The position numbers and the translations under genes were made by a program. Positions 27,068 through 36,499 of a stretch of 64,000 nt of DNA are shown piece after piece (the stretch's first letter is position 1; every line of letters starts with the position of its first letter). The notes under the pieces are model-generated. The model was not told where the DNA came from. It did no database searches and worked only from the letters and a program-made list of their open reading frames with translations. Origin of the DNA: a virus (Duplodnaviria > Caudoviricetes). The stretch is from positions 1 to 64,000 of IMG/VR virus record IMGVR_UViG_3300037067_027649; one strand, written 5' to 3'.

Positions 27068-27514
27068 TTATTTATTTATTTTTTTTAATTTTTCTTTTCT
27101 TTCTTCAATTAACATTTCTCTTTCTTCATCAATTAATTTAATATCTTGTAATATACCTTTTTTAAATTTTACTTCAAATGTATAAAATTTTTTATTGTTA
27201 TCTTCACCATAAAATCTAAATTTACCTGTATATTTTTTATTAACTATTCTTTCATTTACTCTTTTAATACAACCCATTAAACTTTTAATTCCAGTTGCAT
27301 TTGGATATGGTCTTTCTTCTGGTGGAACAGATTCATATTTCCATTTTGCTATTTTAAGTTCTTTTTCTTTAGTAATATAAATTTCAGTTAATATACAATC
27401 AAAATCTTTAGTTTGTAACTCATAACTTTTCTTAAAAGAATTTTTTTCTTTTTCTGATATAGGTAATATATCAATATCTTCTATTATAACTCTATCAAAC
27501 ATTCCCATAATCAA
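27068..27514 (-). CDS. Conserved phage protein with C-terminal tag
   Basis: MGMFD...LQTKDFDC; ends EERKEKLKKINK. Confidence 0.75.
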   Translation of the reverse strand: MIMGMFDRVIIEDIDILPISEKEKNSFKKSYELQTKDFDCILTEIYITKEKELKIAKWKYESVPPEERPYPNATGIKSLMGCIKRVNERIVNKKYTGKFRFYGEDNNKKFYTFEVKFKKGILQDIKLIDEEREMLIEERKEKLKKINK

Positions 27515-27828
27515 TGTAATCTATGAAAATCATTTTCACTATCAGTAACGTTAGTCACATTTTCAACTATTAAATTACCATTACCATCACCTTTTAATAC
27601 TACATAATACCAGTTTTCTTCTTTTAATAATTTAAATTCTGGTAATTTTTTAAAAAATTTATCGGGATTTTTTAAAAACCAAAACAATAACCCAACACGA
27701 ACATATTTACAATTCTGAATTGATGTGACTTGATAATAAAACTTATGAGATTTTGTTAAATCAGCGTGTTTATAAATAACCACTTCAAGTATATTATTTT
27801 CTACTGCTTCTTTATCATTATAATGCAT
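27511..27828 (-). CDS. Hypothetical protein
   Basis: TATATTTG upstream. Confidence 0.65.
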   Translation of the reverse strand: MHYNDKEAVENNILEVVIYKHADLTKSHKFYYQVTSIQNCKYVRVGLLFWFLKNPDKFFKKLPEFKLLKEENWYYVVLKGDGNGNLIVENVTNVTDSENDFHRLH

Positions 27829-27847
27829 AATACTAATATTTATTTTA

Positions 27848-27855
27848 CAAATATA
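27848..27855 (-). promoter_or_regulatory. Bacteroidota-type -7 element TATATTTG
   Basis: 20 nt upstream of ATG 27828. Confidence 0.55.
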
Positions 27856-27976
27856 GTATTTTTTTATTATAAAGTTTATGTTTTAAAAAGATTTTTAAAC
27901 TTTTTTCATTTTTTTGTTTATAATATAAAAACTAATATTATATTTGTTAAAAAATTTTTTTAAACCCTTATAACCT

Positions 27977-28297
27977 ATGAAATATACAAATTATTTAATT
28001 AATGGAAATGTTTTTGATTTTGATAAAATTATTTCTCAAAAAAAACACATAAAAGAAATATCACAACTTATAGTAGTACCACTTTCTATTGTAGCTTTAT
28101 TTGGATGTGTAATGATACTTCCTTTAACTGTATCTTATGATACATATCGTAATGTAAAATGTTTCTTTTTAATTAATACTAAAGATTCTCATTTAATTGC
28201 AGAAATAAAAGATACAAATGACAAATTAATTAATAATATTAAAAAATCAAATTTTATAAAAAATAATATTAATGATTTTCATAATATATTAAATTAA
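27977..28297 (+). CDS. Hypothetical membrane protein
   Basis: One hydrophobic segment. Confidence 0.6.
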   Translation: MKYTNYLINGNVFDFDKIISQKKHIKEISQLIVVPLSIVALFGCVMILPLTVSYDTYRNVKCFFLINTKDSHLIAEIKDTNDKLINNIKKSNFIKNNINDFHNILN

Positions 28298-28560
28298 TAA
28301 TTACCTTATTTATTTTATCCAAAGATATTTTTATTTAAAATTTTTCTTTGGTTTTTTTGTTTTTTAAATATATTTTATTATTTTTATATAATATTATTAA
28401 TTTTTTAAAAATTTATTAAAATGAATACAGAAACTTTAAATCAAGTACTTTTAGTTTTAAAAGAATTCATACCTCTTTTAATTACATTTTTCGGTTCTAT
28501 TATTTTTCTTTTTTCTATTAATTATTATATAGAACACGATAAAAAAAATAAATAAAAAAT

Positions 28561-28597
28561 AAAAAGGTGAATTTATATTTGTAAAATTCACCTTTTT
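28561..28597. terminator. Intrinsic terminator-like hairpin with TATATTTG overlapping its loop
   Basis: AAAAAGGTGAATTT ... AAATTCACCTTTTT. Confidence 0.65.
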
Positions 28598-28611
28598 AAA
28601 AAATAAATATT

Positions 28612-29121
28612 ATGAAAAAGAAAACATTTTATATAATAATATTAGCTATTATTATATTATTTACATCTTGTAATAACAAGAAAATAAAATATGAAATTGA
28701 TGAATATTTCAATAAAGATGAATGGGTTGTTTTAAAGTTTAATTATGGTGAAAAATTATATGAAATTGATAAATATATTTATGTTGAAAATAAAATAACA
28801 AATCTATTTGATTATGTTAATTTTAAAATAGAACCTATAAATTATGAAACATATTTAAAATTACCTGATCCAAAAAAATTAAAATATATTTTAGAAGGAA
28901 ATTTATATAATGTTAATTATTATAGTTCTGCCTTTAATTTAAAAACAATAGAAATATTATATTTTAGTAGTGAAAATAAATTTTCATCAAAATGGGTTAT
29001 ACATTTTGAATTAAAATCTGAAAATAATAATAAATTTGATTATTATTTTAATTATGATTTAAGTTATTTTATTTTAATTGATAAACAAGTTTTTTTTAAT
29101 AATGAATTAATTTCAAATTAA
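28612..29121 (+). CDS. Putative lipoprotein
   Basis: MKKKTFYIIILAIIILFTSC. Confidence 0.65.
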   Translation: MKKKTFYIIILAIIILFTSCNNKKIKYEIDEYFNKDEWVVLKFNYGEKLYEIDKYIYVENKITNLFDYVNFKIEPINYETYLKLPDPKKLKYILEGNLYNVNYYSSAFNLKTIEILYFSSENKFSSKWVIHFELKSENNNKFDYYFNYDLSYFILIDKQVFFNNELISN

Positions 29122-29254
29122 TGAAATTTTTTCATTAAAATATAAATCAAGATTTTTATATGGTATATTTCTAATTATAAAAAGTACACTATGTATATTA
29201 TTTTTTGATAATTATTTATTATTATTGATAAAATATTTTATTAATTTATTATTT

Positions 29255-29263
29255 TAATATATA
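29255..29263 (+). promoter_or_regulatory. Putative late promoter TAATATATA
   Basis: Upstream of the leader-bearing pair 29308 and 29656. Confidence 0.6.
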
Positions 29264-29307
29264 TTTTAATATGAATAATAATATCAGAAAAATAACTTAA
29301 TTAGAAT

Positions 29308-29640
29308 ATGAAAAATGTTAATAATTTCAATGAACATCTATTTGAGAGTTCCGATTTAACAGTAGCTAAAGAAATATATAATCAACTTGGAAAAAAAGCC
29401 ATGTTTATGATGGGTGCAAAAAATATAGCTGGTGATAATAATTCTCTTTCTTTTAAAATAAGTGGATCACCTAAATATAATTTCATTAAAATAACTTTAA
29501 ATTCTTTAGATTTATATGATGTCAAATTTATAAAATATTTTAATTATAAAATAACAAGAGAAGTTGAAGTAAATAATGTTTATAATGATCAATTAAAAGA
29601 TGTTATAGAAAAAAATACTGGTTTATATTTAAGTCTTTAA
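29308..29640 (+). CDS. Putative internal protein, conserved mobile-element family
   Basis: Leader MKNVNNFNEHLFES; AKEIYNQLG...MMGAK...DLY...VYNDQL...TGLYLSL. Confidence 0.7.
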   Translation: MKNVNNFNEHLFESSDLTVAKEIYNQLGKKAMFMMGAKNIAGDNNSLSFKISGSPKYNFIKITLNSLDLYDVKFIKYFNYKITREVEVNNVYNDQLKDVIEKNTGLYLSL

Positions 29641-29655
29641 AAAATAAAATTATAT

Positions 29656-30258
29656 GTGTTGAAATATTTAAAATCATATAACGAATCACTAAGAGATAAA
29701 ATGAAACCAAAAAGTGATGAAGAAATTTTGAAAGATTTAGGTAAGTTATCACCAGAAGAAATGCTATTAACATCTATTAAAAATAATTATGTAAATGGTG
29801 TTAAAAAAGCTTTAGAAAGAGGTGTTAATATAAATAAAAAAAATGAACGTGATTATAATAGAACAGCTTTATTATATGCTTCTATATATGGATATAAAAA
29901 TATTGTTGAAATTCTTCTTAAAAATGGTGCTGATATTAATATTCAAGATGTAAATGGTTGGACAGCTTTAATATTTGCTTCAAATCATGGTCATAAAGAT
30001 ATTGTTGAAATTCTTCTTAAAAATGGTGCTGATGTTAATAAAAAAATATTTAATGGTGAAACAGCTTTAATGTCAGCATCAAATAAAGGTTATAAAGAAA
30101 TAGTTGAATTATTATTAAAACATGGTGCTGATATTAACATAACAAATAAATTTGGTTATACAGCTTTATACTATGCTTCATTAAAAAAATACAAAGCTTT
30201 AATAAAAGAATACAAAGAAATAATTGAATTATTAAAAAAATATGGTGCTAAAGAATAA
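29656..30258 (+). CDS. Ankyrin-repeat protein with capsid-targeting-like leader
   Basis: About four repeats of G.TAL..A...G...IVE.LL..GAD.N; KYLKSYNESLRDKM leader. Confidence 0.9.
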   Translation: MLKYLKSYNESLRDKMKPKSDEEILKDLGKLSPEEMLLTSIKNNYVNGVKKALERGVNINKKNERDYNRTALLYASIYGYKNIVEILLKNGADINIQDVNGWTALIFASNHGHKDIVEILLKNGADVNKKIFNGETALMSASNKGYKEIVELLLKHGADINITNKFGYTALYYASLKKYKALIKEYKEIIELLKKYGAKE

Positions 30259-30266
30259 TTTAAAAA

Positions 30267-30578
30267 TTATTCAAATAAATTTTTCATTTCATCTTTATAT
30301 TCTAATTTATTAACATATTTTACTATAATGTCACCATGACAAATACTACTCTTTTTACATACACATCCAAGTCTTTTACGTTTTAATTCATGAAGTGATT
30401 CCATCAAATCTTTATTTTTAATCAAATATTCTTCAAATTTTTCAACAGCTTCTTCAACTGTATCAACTTTATATAAAGCTGTTGAAAAACTTAAATGACT
30501 ATATGGATTACCCCATTTTGATGGTCTACATATATCCACATCATATTCTTCTGTTAATTTACAAACTCTTATACACAT
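30267..30578 (-). CDS. DUF4326-like protein
   Basis: DVDICRPSKWGNPY...LGCVC...CHGD. Confidence 0.8.
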   Translation of the reverse strand: MCIRVCKLTEEYDVDICRPSKWGNPYSHLSFSTALYKVDTVEEAVEKFEEYLIKNKDLMESLHELKRKRLGCVCKKSSICHGDIIVKYVNKLEYKDEMKNLFE

Positions 30579-30582
30579 AAAT

Positions 30583-31026
30583 TTAAATTATTTTTTCAAG
30601 TTTTCTATTTCTAATATAAGAATTCATTTTACCTAAAATTATATTTTTATGATTATTTTCAATTATTGATAACATATTATTATCATCAAATAATTCTATA
30701 TTTTTTAATATTTTTGAATCATAATATTCTTCATTATATAATGAATAAAACCAATATAATTGATAACCTACTATATCATAAATAACTTCAACAAAACCAA
30801 ATCTTTCTATATATGTATCATCAATAAATTCACATAACGAATTTTTAATAGAACTTTTTTCATAAATATAATATAAATGATTTAAATATAATTCATTCAT
30901 AAAATTAATATATTCATCAAATGTTAAAAAATCAAAATATAAATCATCATATTCTTTATGTATAAATAAATATTTTTTATTAGTTTTATTAAAATATTTT
31001 AATATACTATCAGATTTTAACTTCAT
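30583..31026 (-). CDS. Hypothetical protein with C-terminal tag
   Basis: Ends YIRNRKLEKII. Confidence 0.7.
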   Translation of the reverse strand: MKLKSDSILKYFNKTNKKYLFIHKEYDDLYFDFLTFDEYINFMNELYLNHLYYIYEKSSIKNSLCEFIDDTYIERFGFVEVIYDIVGYQLYWFYSLYNEEYYDSKILKNIELFDDNNMLSIIENNHKNIILGKMNSYIRNRKLEKII

Positions 31027-31033
31027 TTCTAAA

Positions 31034-31927
31034 TTATTTTGGTTTATATGTTATCATCAAACCTGAACTATCCTCTGGTGTTAAATGTGTTTGAAAATAA
31101 GACATAGGATTTTCAGTTTTATTATTATAATGAATCTCATAATGTAAATGTGGCCCACTTGACATACCACTATTACCAACTTTTCCAATAGATTGTCCTT
31201 GTTTTACTTTTTGACCTTTCTTAACTTTAATATAATCCAAATGTGCATATAATGTTTTATACCCATTATTATGATTAATTACAACCTTATTACCATATCC
31301 ATGTAAAGAATAAACAATTTTTTCTACAACACCATCTGCAGTAGAAATAATATTTGTTCCAACTTCTGCAGATAAATCTATACCATCATGGTGTATAGCT
31401 GTTTTGTAAAAAGGATGATATCTTACACCATATGGTGATGATATACAAATTAAATCAACATTTGATATCGGTTGTATAATAGGTATTTTATTAAAATATT
31501 TTATATTATTATTTTTTAAATTATTTTTAATTTTTTGTCTTGACAATAATTCATCTTCAATTGATTCATTTAAAATAAAATATTTTTCTTTTAATTTATA
31601 TACATCATTTACATTTTCTATACCTATAACATAACTATTTGGATATTCTACTATATTATTAAAATTCATCATTTTTCTATATAATCCATTATCTTCTTCT
31701 ATTAATTGATTAATAATTTCATTTAATTCCTCACTTTTTTTGTTTAATTTTTTTAATTCACATATAATATCTTTATTCATATCATAAATTTCAAAATTTT
31801 CTTTTTTGAAATTAACACCAGAAAAACTAAACATGAATATAGATATAACACCAAAAACAGCTAGAATATTAATTAATAATTTATAATAATTAATATTTTT
31901 TCTTTTTAAAGTTTTTTCATTTTTCAT
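31034..31927 (-). CDS. M23 family metallopeptidase with N-terminal membrane anchor
   Basis: HHDGIDL, YAHL, SSGPHLHYEI. Confidence 0.92.
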   Translation of the reverse strand: MKNEKTLKRKNINYYKLLINILAVFGVISIFMFSFSGVNFKKENFEIYDMNKDIICELKKLNKKSEELNEIINQLIEEDNGLYRKMMNFNNIVEYPNSYVIGIENVNDVYKLKEKYFILNESIEDELLSRQKIKNNLKNNNIKYFNKIPIIQPISNVDLICISSPYGVRYHPFYKTAIHHDGIDLSAEVGTNIISTADGVVEKIVYSLHGYGNKVVINHNNGYKTLYAHLDYIKVKKGQKVKQGQSIGKVGNSGMSSGPHLHYEIHYNNKTENPMSYFQTHLTPEDSSGLMITYKPK

Positions 31928-31947
31928 AATTATAATTTATTTTTTAT

Positions 31948-32048
31948 GATAGTTAACCACACAACAACCAATAAACACGCATTATAAACAAAATGTGAAA
32001 TAATATCCTTTTTTATTTTTTAAGATACTATTTCACATGGTAACTATC
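31948..32048 (-). other. Long imperfect hairpin in the leader of the M23 gene
   Basis: Outer arms GATAGTTA(A)CCA/TGGTAACTATC; inner arms ATGTGAAATAATATC/GATACTATTTCACAT. Confidence 0.5.
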
Positions 32049-32191
32049 TGATTAATAGATATTAATTTAATATACTATTTAATAGAATTTTTTCATTTTT
32101 TATGTCTTTTTTAGAAATCATTTTATGTTATATATAGTTTAAAAATACTGAAAAGTTGCTATTTTTAGATAATTATCTTAAATTCAATATT

Positions 32192-33655
32192 TTATATATC
32201 TATTGTTTCTTCTTTATCTAATTTTTCAAATATTTTTTCAACTCTTTTGATAACTATTTTTCTACCTTTTGATATTTGAGATTTTATTGTTGATAAATTT
32301 ATATTTAATTGTTCAGATATATCTTTATATTGCATTTCTTCAATTTCTCTCATAATCAATACTGTTCTATATTTTTCATATTTTTCTGGTAAATTATAGA
32401 TAGTATCTTTAAGAATTTCAGCTTTTTTGATATATAGTTCATTTTTCAATTCTTCTGAATTATCACTTTTATCATAAAATACATTTAAAAGGTTTAAATC
32501 ATCTTTAGTGGATTTATCAAAAGATATTGTTGATAATTTTTGTTCATCTTTATAATTTTTTCTTACTAAATTTTCACCTATTCTATAAATCCAAGTATGT
32601 ATTTTTGATTTATTTGGATCATATGTATTTATTTTATCTAAACCTTGTATAAAAGCTTCATTAGCGAAATCTTGTGCCTTTTCAATATCATTAGTATATT
32701 TAGATAAAAACCATGTTAATTTGTTAAAATGATTAGCATAAAATCTTTGAAAATTAATACCAGTTTTAACTTCAAAAATATGTTCATACTTATTTTTAAT
32801 ATTTGATTCATCTAAAATTTCAAATATATTTTTTATTGCTCTATTACTTTCTCTTGTTATAGTAACAATATTATATTCTTGAAATAAATTAATGTAGGAA
32901 TGAAATAATTTATTTGAATTGATTGTAATATCTAAATTTGATGATAAAAACGTTTCTGGTTTACTTAATGCTGTTTTAATATCTTCTTCTTGAACAAAAT
33001 TATTTTTTATATTTTTATTTAACCTAACTACATTATATCTTAAATTTGATTTTATTTTTTTATTATCTTCATATTCTATAATTTTTTCCACAAATTTTTT
33101 ATATGAAGTTTTAATATTATATGTTTTATGTAATAAATCTACATATTTTGTTACAACATTATCAATGTTAGAAAAAGATTCATTAAAATTATTTATTCTT
33201 TCACTAAATGATTTATTACTAAATTTCCATTTATTAGTAACATTTTCAATATTATCATTAACAATAAAAATGTTATTAGTATTTTGATGTAATAAACATA
33301 TATTAGTTTGGAGTGCTATCTTATTATCAATAGAATCGGATATTAAGAAATATTTAAAATACTTCTCATTATTTACAGTTATATCATCAAAAATAATACC
33401 TAAATCAACACAAGAATCTTTAACTTTTAATGTTAAAAATAAAGGATTCTCTATATAATTGTGAATATTCAATATAAACTCTTTAAATATATCTGTTTCG
33501 AAAAACAAAGGTTTATCTACATTATCAGAAGTTAATACTAAATAATTATCAAAGTATATTTTTATTTTATCATTTTCTTTTACTCTTTTAAAATCGTTAC
33601 ACAACCTATTAATACAATAATCATTAAATAGCCAAGACTGAGAAAAGTTATTCAT
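32192..33655 (-). CDS. sigma70/ECF-like sigma factor with ~295-aa N-terminal extension
   Basis: Region 2 AQDFANEAF...YDPNKSKIHTWIYRI..N; region 4 LP...R.VL.M......Y..IS..LNI..STIKS.I.KGR. Confidence 0.85.
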   Translation of the reverse strand: MNNFSQSWLFNDYCINRLCNDFKRVKENDKIKIYFDNYLVLTSDNVDKPLFFETDIFKEFILNIHNYIENPLFLTLKVKDSCVDLGIIFDDITVNNEKYFKYFLISDSIDNKIALQTNICLLHQNTNNIFIVNDNIENVTNKWKFSNKSFSERINNFNESFSNIDNVVTKYVDLLHKTYNIKTSYKKFVEKIIEYEDNKKIKSNLRYNVVRLNKNIKNNFVQEEDIKTALSKPETFLSSNLDITINSNKLFHSYINLFQEYNIVTITRESNRAIKNIFEILDESNIKNKYEHIFEVKTGINFQRFYANHFNKLTWFLSKYTNDIEKAQDFANEAFIQGLDKINTYDPNKSKIHTWIYRIGENLVRKNYKDEQKLSTISFDKSTKDDLNLLNVFYDKSDNSEELKNELYIKKAEILKDTIYNLPEKYEKYRTVLIMREIEEMQYKDISEQLNINLSTIKSQISKGRKIVIKRVEKIFEKLDKEETIDI

Positions 33656-33751
33656 AAGTTTTTAGGATTTTTTTTATGTTTATAATTTTATGTTGTTAAA
33701 TATAGTATAAAAATTTTTATTAAACAACAAAAATTATATTATTTATAATAA

Positions 33752-33788
33752 AAAAATGGTTTATCTCTTTTGGAAATAAACCATTTTT
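33752..33788. terminator. Intrinsic terminator hairpin
   Basis: AAAAATGGTTTAT ... ATAAACCATTTTT. Confidence 0.7.
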
Positions 33789-33813
33789 CAATTTTATGAT
33801 ATTATAAAAACTT

Positions 33814-34674
33814 TTAAGCTTCCATTAAAGCGTTATAAATTCTTCTTGTTTCTCTTTCAATAGTTGTACTATCATAATTCTTATACATTGAAACAAAAAC
33901 ATCCATAACATCTTTTGCATTAACTTCAAGATCATAATTACTGTTATAAAAATCCTGATAGTGTGTTAACAAATTCAAATGTTGTGATACTTCTTCTGAT
34001 ACAAATTCAATACCTGCATTTTTCAAATTTTTTACAAACATACGAATTCTCAAAACATCACTTGGTAAAACAACACCATCTTCATCAATACGAATAAGTT
34101 TCTTATAAAGATTTTTCAAAGAAATTTTCTTTTCTGATAAAGTATTCAACAAAGAAACCTGCTTGTCGATTATAACATTAAACTCAGGAAGAACTTGAAA
34201 AAATTCTTCTAATTTTGTAGGCAAAGATTTGAAAAAATGTTTACCAGATACTGAGGCATTTTCATTTTCAACAGCAAGAACATAATAAGTTCCAGTTTTT
34301 CTATGAACAAGACCAATGTTCATCTGCAAACAACGAGTTTTATCAGATGAATTTACAAGATTAAACACCTTGAAATATTCATCATCTTTTATAGTAACTG
34401 ATTCTCCAACAAGTCGAATTTCCTGAGCTCCTTTGTTAATTCTTAAAGTATAAGTTTCAGGTACAAAATAATCATTGATTTTCTCAATAATATCCTTTGC
34501 AAAATTTTTGAAGTCAAACGACCAATACTTTTCACTTACTTCCACGTTGGAAATAATTCTACCATCATAAAATGTTGATACAATCAATCCTTCATGTCTG
34601 ATATCAAACTTTGAAATTCTTTCTTGAACTTCATCCTTTGTATAAGGAATATAAACAATTTTTCTTCGTGCCAT
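33814..34674 (-). CDS. Hypothetical protein, possibly DUF932-like
   Basis: LVNSSDKTRCLQMNIGL segment; family call is weak. Confidence 0.6.
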   Translation of the reverse strand: MARRKIVYIPYTKDEVQERISKFDIRHEGLIVSTFYDGRIISNVEVSEKYWSFDFKNFAKDIIEKINDYFVPETYTLRINKGAQEIRLVGESVTIKDDEYFKVFNLVNSSDKTRCLQMNIGLVHRKTGTYYVLAVENENASVSGKHFFKSLPTKLEEFFQVLPEFNVIIDKQVSLLNTLSEKKISLKNLYKKLIRIDEDGVVLPSDVLRIRMFVKNLKNAGIEFVSEEVSQHLNLLTHYQDFYNSNYDLEVNAKDVMDVFVSMYKNYDSTTIERETRRIYNALMEA

Positions 34675-34701
34675 AGTTTTATTTTTTATTGATTAATGAT
34701 A

Positions 34702-34709
34702 CAAATATA
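34702..34709 (-). promoter_or_regulatory. Bacteroidota-type -7 element TATATTTG
   Basis: 28 nt upstream of ATG 34674. Confidence 0.55.
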
Positions 34710-34733
34710 ATAATTTTTATTTAAATAAAAAAA

Positions 34734-34991
34734 TTATAATTTAAACCATTCATTATCAGTTTTTTCATTAAGAAGTTTTTCAACTTCTGAGGTATCACCT
34801 GGACAATAAAAAGAGTGTGTATTTTTTATTTTCATTTCCAATTCTTTTAATTTTTCAAAATCACCATCAACCAATTGAAAAAGAAATTGTGTTTGTCCTT
34901 TTGAACGATTGGTTCTATCAGATAACCAATTTAATCTTTCTAAATCAAGACTAAATTTATATTCTTCTGTTTTTCCGTAATTTACATTCAT
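34734..34991 (-). CDS. Hypothetical phage protein
   Basis: 85-aa ORF. Confidence 0.7.
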   Translation of the reverse strand: MNVNYGKTEEYKFSLDLERLNWLSDRTNRSKGQTQFLFQLVDGDFEKLKELEMKIKNTHSFYCPGDTSEVEKLLNEKTDNEWFKL

Positions 34992-35038
34992 AATAAAAAA
35001 TTTTTAAATTATTACCAACTATTTATACCATTTTCATA

Positions 35039-35245
35039 TTAAAAATCAACTTTGTCATCAAAAATTTCTTTTATTTTTCGAGTTCGTTGTATCTTTTTAA
35101 TTTTTTTAAAAAAATCATCATTTACAACCGTTTCAACCATATGTGGATATAATGATGTAAAATCCATATTAATATTTACTTTTTTATTTTGTTTCTTATT
35201 TTTTTGTTTATTCATCATCTTTAAAAATTTCTTTAATTTTTTCAA
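35039..35245 (-). CDS. Small protein with C-terminal tag
   Basis: Contains DFTSLYP, which resembles PolB motif A, but is only 68 aa; ends QRTRKIKEIFDD. Confidence 0.55.
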   Translation of the reverse strand: MKKLKKFLKMMNKQKNKKQNKKVNINMDFTSLYPHMVETVVNDDFFKKIKKIQRTRKIKEIFDDKVDF

Positions 35246-35380
35246 TTCGTTTCATTCTTTTATTGATTTTATTTATCATATCAAAAGTTTTAGATAATTG
35301 TTCTTTATTATATTTTGATTTTTTAATATTTATTAAATCAAAATGATCTATTATTATTAAATTATCTCTCATTTTTTAAA

Positions 35381-35899
35381 TTATTTAGGTATTTTCATAT
35401 TGTATTTTTCAAAAAAATATAATAAAGCTTCTGCGTTTCCTTTAGCATCATCAACTGGATTGTGACTATGAGAAGTTTTTCTATATTTTTTCCATCTATA
35501 ATATAAATTTTGTTCTGCTCCACAAAATAAATCACCAATTCTTCTACTTGACCACCCAAATGGATTACTACCATAAAATTTTAAAAAATAATAATTTATC
35601 CAAGATGCATCATAACCATTATTATCAGATATTAATATGGGATTACTAACACTATTTTCTTTTAACCATATAGCAAAATTATTCATAACAATAGTTGGTT
35701 CATCAAATTTAATATGTTCTTCTCTACTAAATCCACTTATTTTAAGAGCTTCTGGATTATATGAATCACTTATTGGTTTAATTTGACCATAAAAAGTTTT
35801 ATCTAATTTTTCATCAACTTTAACAGCACCAAAACAAACCATACTATTTTCTGATATTAAACCACCATCAGTTTCAACATCAACAACAAATAATGACAT
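35381..35899 (-). CDS. DEDD 3'-5' exonuclease
   Basis: VVDVETDG, NGYD, HNPVDDA. Confidence 0.85.
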   Translation of the reverse strand: MSLFVVDVETDGGLISENSMVCFGAVKVDEKLDKTFYGQIKPISDSYNPEALKISGFSREEHIKFDEPTIVMNNFAIWLKENSVSNPILISDNNGYDASWINYYFLKFYGSNPFGWSSRRIGDLFCGAEQNLYYRWKKYRKTSHSHNPVDDAKGNAEALLYFFEKYNMKIPK

Positions 35900-35900
35900 A

Positions 35901-36446
35901 TTATAAAATTTTGTAATTAATAATTATATAAATATAAGAATATTTTTCATTAATTTTCTTAATTACATAAATTATTTTTGTATTTATTTTCTTAGAAATT
36001 TCAATTAAACCTAAACCAGCACCACCTTTTTCACTAAAACCTTTATTATTAAGAACATCCATATATAAATCTATTAATCCTTCTCTATCTAAAGAATTAA
36101 TATAATCTACACTATTGGTTAATTTCTTAATTCTATCATTAGAAACTATATTACCAGTAGTAAATGTTATAATATCATCTTTTTTATGAATTATTAAAAT
36201 AGATTTTTCTTGTTCATCATCTTTATGTCTTAATATATTCTGAATTAATTCTATTAAAATATAATATAATTTTTTAGTATTAGATTTACCAAACATTGAA
36301 AATAAATGTTCTAATTTATCTAAAGGAACATCATTTGGAACAAGAACATAATTTTCATATAATACCTTTATACTTCCTGAATAGATTTCTGGATATTTTA
36401 ATTTTAAAAAATTAATATGTTTTTTTATATTTAAAATGTTTTTCAT
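35901..36446 (-). CDS. SiaB-like / HATPase-fold protein
   Basis: LIELIQNILRH, TGN, KGGAGLGLIEI. Confidence 0.75.
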   Translation of the reverse strand: MKNILNIKKHINFLKLKYPEIYSGSIKVLYENYVLVPNDVPLDKLEHLFSMFGKSNTKKLYYILIELIQNILRHKDDEQEKSILIIHKKDDIITFTTGNIVSNDRIKKLTNSVDYINSLDREGLIDLYMDVLNNKGFSEKGGAGLGLIEISKKINTKIIYVIKKINEKYSYIYIIINYKIL

Positions 36447-36469
36447 TTATAACTTATATAATTAAAAGT

Positions 36470-36483
36470 TAATATATATATTA
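36470..36483. promoter_or_regulatory. Palindromic TAATATATATATTA (late motif on both strands)
   Basis: Between divergent starts 36446 and 36500. Confidence 0.55.
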
Positions 36484-36499
36484 AAAATAATATTAAGTT

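Noticed and set aside
35039-35245. DNA polymerase B fragment (DFTSLYP)
   Set aside because: Only 68 aa with no other PolB motif nearby; kept as a tagged small protein.
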